Below, piece after piece: positions 26,946-33,207 of a stretch of DNA of 33,207 nt (positions within the stretch are counted from its first letter, which is position 1; each line of letters begins with the position of its first letter). Position numbers and translations under genes: made by a program. The notes beneath the pieces are model-generated. The model saw only the letters and a list, made by a program, of their open reading frames with translations, searched no databases and was not told where the DNA came from. Location: the IMG/VR virus record IMGVR_UViG_3300012894_000037, positions 1-33,207 of that record, one strand, 5' to 3'. The stretch comes from a virus (Duplodnaviria; Caudoviricetes).

Positions 26946-27358
26946 CGCCGGTCAAATTGGATCTCACGCCGTGGGGGTACAGGGGCGACGCGTTTGTACT
27001 CGACATCCCGCTTCAAAGTCCGGGGCCAGGCGGCGAACAGGAGCCGATCTCAGTCGCCGAGGCCGAGACCTTCCGCGACACCTACACCTTGATCCGGATG
27101 ATGGTCCGGGTCGACGGGGTGCCCGAGCCGATTCTGCAGGCGTCGCACGCGGACGGTGAGCTCTTCATCGACCCGGCGCACGTTCTGGAAGACGGCTCGA
27201 GCTGTCCGGTGTTGTCGATCCGGATTCCCAGCTCGAAGACCGGGACGTTCGTCGAGGACGGGGTGTACGACATCGAGCTGGATTACCCGGGTAGCCTCGG
27301 GCCATACACGCTCCTGCGCGGGGCGTTCGCGCTGCCCGAAGACGTGAGCTATGACTAG
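26942..27358 (+). CDS. BppU-N-like fibre adaptor domain protein
   Basis: YRGDAFVL...GVYDIEL...TLLRGAF..PEDVS pattern. Confidence 0.6.
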   Translation: MTPVKLDLTPWGYRGDAFVLDIPLQSPGPGGEQEPISVAEAETFRDTYTLIRMMVRVDGVPEPILQASHADGELFIDPAHVLEDGSSCPVLSIRIPSSKTGTFVEDGVYDIELDYPGSLGPYTLLRGAFALPEDVSYD

Positions 27359-28310
27359 CCCGGTCGATCCCCGGCCGCTCGCTCGTCTGGTGATCGGCCT
27401 CGCGCCGGGCGTAACCGTGCCGAAGGGTGTGCCCCTGGCGGGCGGCGTCTTGGTGCCCGTTCCTGGCCGCCCCGGTCGGGACGGTCTGCCCGCGAGTCAG
27501 GAGATCCAGCCGGAGCAGGGCACGTACCCCGAGCAGACAGTCGGCGCTCGCCTGCTCGATCTGATCGAGCGCAAGGCTGAGCGCACCGACCTCGACACCC
27601 TGCGCACCGATCTCGATACGGTGATTCACCAGCCGCGCGCGCTTGACTGGGCGAACGTCACGCTCACCCAGTCGGCCTATCTGACGCCCGACCACACCGA
27701 AGGGGGCGGCACGCTCGGCGTCTACAACATTCCCGACGCGATGCACGGCGCCCAGATCGTCGGCGTGAGCGTGGTGTCCGGGGACAGCAGTTACGCCCAG
27801 TTCCAGGCGACGAACAGCCTGCCGCCGACCGAGCCCGGCACCACCTCGGTCTACGAAGACCAGCTCTATGTGATGTACAGCCCGGACGCCGCGCCGCCCG
27901 CCACGCTTCAGGTGAGCTACACCAGCACCCTGCCGGCGCTCTATGCCGACCTCGGTCGTCAGATCGCCGACCGGGCCACGCACGCCGAGCTCGCCTCCGC
28001 GCTGGTGTCGGCCACGCCCATGCACGTGCTCGAGTGGACGCGCACCGAGAATTACACGCTGTCCAACGTCGTGCGCAGCCCCGAGGGCAGCCCGACCGAG
28101 GGCGCACTGGTGTCGGCCGACGTGACGTGGCCGACCGGCGCCACCGGCCGCCTGACTTCGACCGACGCGAACGCCGAGAGCGCGAGCTTCGATGGCTACC
28201 GGATCACGTATGCCGCCGACTACTCGGTGGTGCAGCCGCCGCTGGTGCGGGGTGCTGACGGCAACGTGACCAGCGTCCCGCCTCTTGAGCTGACCTTCGA
28301 GGACAACTGA
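27351..28310 (+). CDS. Putative minor tail/fibre protein
   Basis: PGRPGRDG, short coiled coil, C-terminal VTWPTGATG...YRITY...VVQPPLVR domain recalled from phage minor tail proteins. Confidence 0.55.
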   Translation: MTSPVDPRPLARLVIGLAPGVTVPKGVPLAGGVLVPVPGRPGRDGLPASQEIQPEQGTYPEQTVGARLLDLIERKAERTDLDTLRTDLDTVIHQPRALDWANVTLTQSAYLTPDHTEGGGTLGVYNIPDAMHGAQIVGVSVVSGDSSYAQFQATNSLPPTEPGTTSVYEDQLYVMYSPDAAPPATLQVSYTSTLPALYADLGRQIADRATHAELASALVSATPMHVLEWTRTENYTLSNVVRSPEGSPTEGALVSADVTWPTGATGRLTSTDANAESASFDGYRITYAADYSVVQPPLVRGADGNVTSVPPLELTFEDN

Positions 28311-29659
28311 TGGCACCGACTGACCCGAATCCGATCCCCGCGCTCCGACAACTGCGCACCGACCTGCACGCCGACCTGCTCGAGCTCATCGAGCGGATCG
28401 GCGCGCAACTCTCCCCGGCCGACCTCGAGGCGCTCGCCACCGACGCTAGCGTGCAGGCGATTCTGGCGCGGCTCGATCGCCCGCTCACGGTCGATACCGG
28501 CCTTACCGGGCTGGCGAGCGAGCAGACACAGGCGCAGGTGCTTCAAACGCTGACCGGGCTGACGGCGGTTCTCGGCAGCACGGACGGGCTGGAGCAGATC
28601 GGCGCGCAGCAGATCGCGCTTCAGACGGCACTGAACACGTACATCCAGCAGGTGACGGGCTACACCGATGGCCTGGAGGGGTTGCTCGGCACGCTGGGCA
28701 CCAACACGGACGGGATCGAGACACTCCTGGCGCAGCTCGGTGTGAAGGATGACAACGTGCTGGGCAAGCTGGAGGCGAACCGGGTGCTGCTCGACGCCGT
28801 GCGCCAGCTGCTGACCGGGACCCTGTCTATCGGTGGGACGGTGGCGATCAGCAACCTGCCAGCTACGCAGCCCGTCAGTGGCACGGTCGCGGTGAACAAC
28901 TTCCCGCTGGGCTTCACGGTGAGTGGGATGGTGGCCGTGAGCAACTTCCCCGCCACGCAGCCGGTGTCTGGGACAGTGAACGTCGGCAACTTCCCGGCCA
29001 CGCAGCCGGTCAGCGGAACGGTTGGGATCAATAACTTTCCGGCAGGCTTCTTGGTGAGCGGCGCGGTCAGCGTCACCAACTTTCCCGGCAGCTTCGCCGT
29101 CAGCAACTTCCCGACGACCCAGGCGGTCAGCGGCACGGTGAATGTCGGCAATTTTCCCGCTACGCAGCCCGTCTCCGGGGCCGTGAACGTGAACAATTTT
29201 CCGGCCACGCAGCCGGTCAGCGGGTCGGTGAATGTCGGCAATTTCCCGGCCACGCAGCAGGTCGGCGGTTCTGTCAACGTGGGCAACTTCCCTGCCACGC
29301 AGGCCACCACGCGCGCCGCCCAGGCCATCGTCTTCGATCCGGGCACGTTCGCGGCGGGCGCGAGCTACTCGAGTTCGGTGTTCCTGAACGGGCGCGTTCT
29401 GTACGCGGTGCAGCTCGGCTCGGTCTGGACGGCCGCGAACATCACCCTTCAGCGCAGCTCGGACGGCTCGACGTGGTTCGACGTCTACGACGAGTTCGGC
29501 AACGTGCTCACGCTCACGGCGGCGGCGTCGAGGGAAATCGCCCTGACCTCGGGGCCGCTGGCAGGGACGGCGTATATTCGCCTGCGCAGCGGCACGCCGA
29601 CCGTGACGGTGGCGCAGCCCGCTCTGGTCAGCTTCACGCTGGTCAGTCAGGTCGCATGA
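28310..29659 (+). CDS. Fibre-like protein: helical N-terminus, 15-aa repeat shaft, C-terminal beta-sandwich
   Basis: TDG[LI]E repeats, eleven N[FL]P units, ITLQRSSDGSTWFDV...YIRLRS head. Confidence 0.65.
   Translation: MAPTDPNPIPALRQLRTDLHADLLELIERIGAQLSPADLEALATDASVQAILARLDRPLTVDTGLTGLASEQTQAQVLQTLTGLTAVLGSTDGLEQIGAQQIALQTALNTYIQQVTGYTDGLEGLLGTLGTNTDGIETLLAQLGVKDDNVLGKLEANRVLLDAVRQLLTGTLSIGGTVAISNLPATQPVSGTVAVNNFPLGFTVSGMVAVSNFPATQPVSGTVNVGNFPATQPVSGTVGINNFPAGFLVSGAVSVTNFPGSFAVSNFPTTQAVSGTVNVGNFPATQPVSGAVNVNNFPATQPVSGSVNVGNFPATQQVGGSVNVGNFPATQATTRAAQAIVFDPGTFAAGASYSSSVFLNGRVLYAVQLGSVWTAANITLQRSSDGSTWFDVYDEFGNVLTLTAAASREIALTSGPLAGTAYIRLRSGTPTVTVAQPALVSFTLVSQVA
28835..29311 (+). repeat. Ten 45-bp plus one 27-bp coding tandem repeats (GTVNVGNFPATQPVS)
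   Basis: Read directly in protein and DNA; differences mostly at synonymous positions. Confidence 0.92.
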
Positions 29660-31965
29660 TCCCGAGAGGCCGACCGAGGCTGCCACCGGGCGCGCTGTGG
29701 AGCTACGACTTCGCGCGCCGGAATCTGCTGTACGCCCCCGAGGGGCCGCTCGTCGCCTCGGCCGCCAGAAGCGGCACGCCCGCGATCGCTGATGCGCAGG
29801 GCAGCGACGGCTTCAGCGATTGGATCGTTATTCCCGGTGCGCCGACGACCGCCCAGTATTACTACCTCGCATATCCAGGCCTGACGGCGGGCACCTGGAA
29901 CTTCAGTACCTTCGTGCGAATGGATGACGGCACCGCGCCGAAGCCGGGATTCCAGGGGGACGCCACCGCCGACTTCACGCTCGTCATGAACGGCAGCGCG
30001 GGCAACAATATCGCCTCCGGGGTGCAGGACTACGGCGGCGGCCTGTACCGCGTCTGGGGCGTGTTTTCTCTATCTGCTGCCAGTTTGACAAGTAACAATG
30101 GCATCGTCCGGTATCTGGGGCAGAACACTAAAGGGTTCAGAGTCACCGGCTACCAGTTGACACTTGGCGCGGCGCTGCTGCCGTACGAGTACCCCGGCGC
30201 GGGACAGATGGCGACTGATCGAAGCGTGAGCGGGCGAAACATCTTGCCGAGCGCCGATCTGACCGATCCCGCCTACATCAAAGTCGGCTGCACCGTGACG
30301 GCGTACGGCACGCACCCGAACGGCAGCCCAACGTACAAGATCGCGTACCAGGACGCGCAGAGTCAGAGTCCATACATCACCATGCCAGCGGCCACCGATA
30401 CCGTCGCCATCGCCAGCAAGCGCACCATGCGCTTTCTCATTCGCCGGATCAACGGAACGGCGAATGTGACGTACAGGACTGGCATCGGCACCAGTCCGGC
30501 CAATATCACCAGCACGGTCACAGATCAGTGGCAGGAGTTCTACATCACGCAGACCGGCGGCGCGGGCAACACGAGCCGCCAGTTCATTCTCGCCAGGCAG
30601 GGAAATACGGGCGTCGATGAGTACGAGGTCTGCGAGGCCATGCTCTATGAAGGCGACTACACGCCGACGTACGAGCGCCCGCGCCAGGGAATGACGATGG
30701 GCACGACTACCAGCGGAACGTACGTGGACGCCGCCGATCCGGTCTTCGTCTCGCAGGGGTTGGGCTTCACGCCGTCTGCGAACACGTTCCTCACGTTACC
30801 GAGCCAGCGCGGGACGACCGGCCGGGACACGTTCGCGTTCACCGTGCCGGGGCCGGGGAACGCCCCGGCGCAGGTCAGCACGATCTATAACCAGAACCCG
30901 CAGGCGCTGACGAAGGGATATATCTGGATCTACCGGAACGCAGCCGGGGCGCTGATCCTTCAGTGGACGGATGGCACGGCGTACCGCACCAGCCCGAGCA
31001 TTCTCGGCTTCAATACCGGCGACGTCGGCGCCTTCGTAATCGACTGGGTGGCCCTGACGTGGCGGTGCTTCTGTAACGGCGCGCTGGTGGCGAACGGGAA
31101 TCTCAGTGGCGCCACGATGCCGCTCGAGGCCGGGGTCGGCTATGTCGGGCGCTATCAGGCGACCGGAACGAATCTTGCCGCCGGGGTGCTGTCTGAACTG
31201 ACCCGCTGGCCGCGCGCGCTGTCTGACAGCGAGATCGTGCAGCACTACCGCTACGCCCGCGCTTCGGCCGGGCGGCGCGGGGCGCTGAACTTCGACCTTC
31301 CGGGCGGCCCCTACGCGGTCTGGGACATGCTCGACGGCAGCGGGCAGCTCGCGCGCGACTCGTCGGGCCTCGCGCGGCATCTGACGCTCGGCGCGACGTC
31401 GAGCGCAGAGACGACCGATCCGACCTGGGCAGGCGGTGGCCTGACCTTCGATGGCGTGGACGACGCGGCCACGCACGCGCTCACGCTCAGTTGGGCGGCG
31501 GGCACGGTGATGATCGCGGGCAAATACACCTTCGTCTCGGGCAGCTCTTCGCGCGTGCTCGCCATCGGCAGCGGCACGGTCAACAACCGGCTCACGCTCT
31601 GGAACAGCGGCGACGGAAACCTGTCCTGGGAGTACACCAACAATGCCGGGACGACAACCACCATCGGCCTCACGGTTCCCTCTGGAACGCCGTTTCTGGT
31701 GTTTCTGCGCTGGACGGCGGCGGGCATCTCTGGTCAGGTCGGCACGGCGGCCGTTCTGAGCAACGCCGTGACGTTCGACGCCTTCACGCCGACGTACCTC
31801 AACCTCGGGAACAGCGTGCAGGCCATCGGCTTGAATCGGCCGCTGACCGGCACGCTCTACTACACGGCCGTCTACGGCCGAAGCCTAACCGACCTCGAGC
31901 TGTCCGTTGCCCACCGCGCGATCAGAGGGAAGCTGGCCGCGCGCTCGATCACCATTCCCGCGTAA
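29656..31965 (+). CDS. Receptor-binding/spike protein with two LamG-like and two carbohydrate-binding-like domains
   Basis: ATGA overlap at 29656; RWPRALSDSEI and VYGRSLTDLEL LamG endings; GLTFDGVDD; two RN[LI]L...G...YE modules. Confidence 0.68.
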   Translation: MIPRGRPRLPPGALWSYDFARRNLLYAPEGPLVASAARSGTPAIADAQGSDGFSDWIVIPGAPTTAQYYYLAYPGLTAGTWNFSTFVRMDDGTAPKPGFQGDATADFTLVMNGSAGNNIASGVQDYGGGLYRVWGVFSLSAASLTSNNGIVRYLGQNTKGFRVTGYQLTLGAALLPYEYPGAGQMATDRSVSGRNILPSADLTDPAYIKVGCTVTAYGTHPNGSPTYKIAYQDAQSQSPYITMPAATDTVAIASKRTMRFLIRRINGTANVTYRTGIGTSPANITSTVTDQWQEFYITQTGGAGNTSRQFILARQGNTGVDEYEVCEAMLYEGDYTPTYERPRQGMTMGTTTSGTYVDAADPVFVSQGLGFTPSANTFLTLPSQRGTTGRDTFAFTVPGPGNAPAQVSTIYNQNPQALTKGYIWIYRNAAGALILQWTDGTAYRTSPSILGFNTGDVGAFVIDWVALTWRCFCNGALVANGNLSGATMPLEAGVGYVGRYQATGTNLAAGVLSELTRWPRALSDSEIVQHYRYARASAGRRGALNFDLPGGPYAVWDMLDGSGQLARDSSGLARHLTLGATSSAETTDPTWAGGGLTFDGVDDAATHALTLSWAAGTVMIAGKYTFVSGSSSRVLAIGSGTVNNRLTLWNSGDGNLSWEYTNNAGTTTTIGLTVPSGTPFLVFLRWTAAGISGQVGTAAVLSNAVTFDAFTPTYLNLGNSVQAIGLNRPLTGTLYYTAVYGRSLTDLELSVAHRAIRGKLAARSITIPA

Positions 31966-31975
31966 GGAGCACCCC

Positions 31976-32287
31976 ATGACCACACTCGAGCAACTGTCCG
32001 AGCGCATCACCTTGCAGCCCCTTCACGCGCGCATGGCCGCCGCGCTCGCGCGTGTGGCGGGCGCCGACGTGCGCAAGCCCGAGAGCAGTCCCGAGCGCCG
32101 CACCTGGGCGAATGGCGTGCTCGCCGATCCCTTCGCCGCCGCCGACGCGCGCGTGATGAATCTTCTCCTGACGAACCCCACGGTGTCCGGCCAGCTCGAC
32201 CAGGCGCCCGATGGATCGAGCACCCCGGACAGCGACCTGGAGTATGTGCCGGCAGTGGAGATCCTGCCACTGATCGCGCCGGAGTAA
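31976..32287 (+). CDS. Hypothetical protein (103 aa), last gene of the late block
   Basis: AAGGAG RBS before ATG 31976; TPDSDLEY motif. Confidence 0.65.
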   Translation: MTTLEQLSERITLQPLHARMAAALARVAGADVRKPESSPERRTWANGVLADPFAAADARVMNLLLTNPTVSGQLDQAPDGSSTPDSDLEYVPAVEILPLIAPE

Positions 32288-32397
32288 CCTGCCCGCTTCG
32301 GCAGTCAGGTGTCGGACACCTCGCGCCGTCAGGAAGCTGTGACACTGCGTTCGTAAACTGTTCTCAGGATTCCAGATAGGGACTCCATTCATCGACG

Positions 32398-32438
32398 AAG
32401 CCATGGCCTGCGATTCCGCATTAGGGCCATGGCTTTTT
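32398..32438 (+). terminator. Intrinsic terminator-like hairpin
   Basis: AAGCCATGGCC...GGCCATGGCTT (11 bp), ending in a T5 run. Confidence 0.65.
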
Positions 32439-32442
32439 GCTA

Positions 32443-32526
32443 GGGTGCACAAGCCCGATCGCACGGTCGGGCGAAGGTCGAGGCGCTCCCATCCCCAGCG
32501 GGACGCGCCTCCCTTTTCTTGCACCC
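32443..32526 (+). ncRNA. Candidate structured small RNA
   Basis: Two hairpins within a GGGTGCA/TGCACCC closing stem; overlapping TGcTAGGGT extended -10-like motif; TTTTCTT tail. Confidence 0.4.
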
Positions 32527-32551
32527 CCCGTGTACTCAAGTGATAGTCGAA

Positions 32552-32596
32552 GCCCCCGCCCGCGCTGAGAAGCGTCTGGGCGGGGGCGTTTTTATT
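32552..32596 (+). terminator. Intrinsic terminator
   Basis: GCCCCCGCCC...GGGCGGGGGC then GTTTTTATT. Confidence 0.75.
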
Positions 32597-32648
32597 CCGG
32601 TAGCCATCGTCAGCACAGGGCTGTCCACGAAATCCAACCTTTCTGAAC

Positions 32649-32852
32649 TTACGCTTTCTTAAGAAGAAGGTAGGTCTGTCCCTGGTTCACGGCCTGCCAC
32701 TTCCAGACCTCGCCACTGCAAGGCAACCATTTGAGTGTGGCCTGGGCATGATCCTGACAGGCTGTTCTGGCTTCATACGCCGTGTGAAAGTTGCCGAGCC
32801 GTTGCTGTTCGCCATCGTTCGAAATCAATGAGACTTCTATGGGGAGTGCCAT
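32649..32852 (-). CDS. Hypothetical protein (67 aa), probably leaderless
   Basis: Lower GC; TAACAT 6 nt before ATG; converges on the terminator cluster. Confidence 0.6.
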   Translation of the reverse strand: MALPIEVSLISNDGEQQRLGNFHTAYEARTACQDHAQATLKWLPCSGEVWKWQAVNQGQTYLLLKKA

Positions 32853-32858
32853 GGGATA

Positions 32859-32888
32859 ATGTTAAAACACTTTTTCCACCCCCTTCAA
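32859..32888 (-). promoter_or_regulatory. Sigma70-type promoter for a leaderless transcript
   Basis: TTGAAG-N18-TAACAT-N6-ATG on the minus strand. Confidence 0.6.
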
Positions 32889-33154
32889 GCGTTGGCGATC
32901 CCGCCGATCACCACGCTATCCAACCAATACCGGGCGCGTTTTCTCTGCGCTTCCGACCAGCTGGCCTGGACCAGCTGAGCTTTCCAGGCTTGCCAGACCT
33001 GCTCGAGCACGTCCGGCCGGGCATCGAGCGCACGGGCCAGCGCTTCGAGGGTGATCGGGTCCGGATTGAGCAGCCCCTTCCCGCCGAGATCGACCAGGTA
33101 CGCCTCACTCAGCAGCGAGACCGCTTCCAGCACCGTCCAGTGCATCCGGTTCAT
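32885..33154 (-). CDS. Hypothetical helical protein (89 aa)
   Basis: ATG 33154 overlaps an upstream TGA (ATGA); MNRMHWTVLEAVSLL... Confidence 0.55.
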   Translation of the reverse strand: MNRMHWTVLEAVSLLSEAYLVDLGGKGLLNPDPITLEALARALDARPDVLEQVWQAWKAQLVQASWSEAQRKRARYWLDSVVIGGIANA

Positions 33155-33207
33155 CGGCCGTCGATGACCCGGTACCAGCGCTCCACGCCCTCGGCCTCCC
33201 ACACCCC
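33151..33207 (-). CDS. 3' end of an upstream gene, truncated by the window edge
   Basis: Open frame ...VWEAEGVERWYRVIDGR* ending in the ATGA overlap; very short. Confidence 0.3.
   Translation of the reverse strand, partial: GVWEAEGVERWYRVIDGR

Larger units (their letters stand above)
1..32596 (+). mobile_element. Late (morphogenesis and lysis) region of a siphovirus-like phage or prophage; ends not in window
   Basis: Contiguous co-oriented head, connector, tail, lysis and fibre genes with overlapping start/stop codons; no sheath or baseplate-J gene seen. Confidence 0.93.

Noticed and set aside
28835-29311. 45-bp repeats as a CRISPR array or DGR template
   Set aside because: In-frame coding repeats without spacers; no cas or reverse transcriptase gene; differences are not adenine-specific
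32340-32390. Possible tRNA remnant, att site or SRP-like RNA (GGGACTCCA, TCAGGAAG)
   Set aside because: No T-loop consensus or cloverleaf, no full SRP motif, no second att copy in the window
32403-32543. 46-codon + strand ORF across the stem-loop cluster, and minus ORF 31949..32539
   Set aside because: No convincing RBS, atypical codon usage, crosses terminator hairpins, not hydrophobic like a type I toxin
32649-32665. TTACGCTTTCTTAAGAA as a Deinococcus RDRM/DdrO box
   Set aside because: Right half lacks the conserved C, and the site lies on a stop codon rather than a promoter

Overview
The window is the late (virion and lysis) region of a high-GC siphovirus-type phage or prophage, almost entirely on the + strand. 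Gene order: portal (5'-truncated), S49 prohead protease with a nested scaffold, decoration protein, major capsid, HhH protein, head-tail joining genes, tail tube, tail chaperones joined by a -1 frameshift, an HK97-gp10-like gene, a 1969-aa tape measure, tail-tip and fibre genes, a seven-gene lysis block around an Amidase_2 endolysin, and a second fibre/adhesin block after lysis. No sheath, baseplate-J, integrase or reverse transcriptase gene is visible. Leaderless TAnnnT-N6-ATG starts on the counter-strand genes suggest a Deinococcus-like host (inference only). The most notable items are a counter-strand, leaderless, secreted thermonuclease homolog with both Ca2+-ligand Asp residues changed to Gln; a cluster of stem-loops with a candidate ~70-85 nt small RNA at the end of the late operon; a 2.3-kb tailspike cassette with a foreign tetranucleotide signature; and an expanded lysis cassette. 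All family assignments come from motif recognition and synteny, not database searches.
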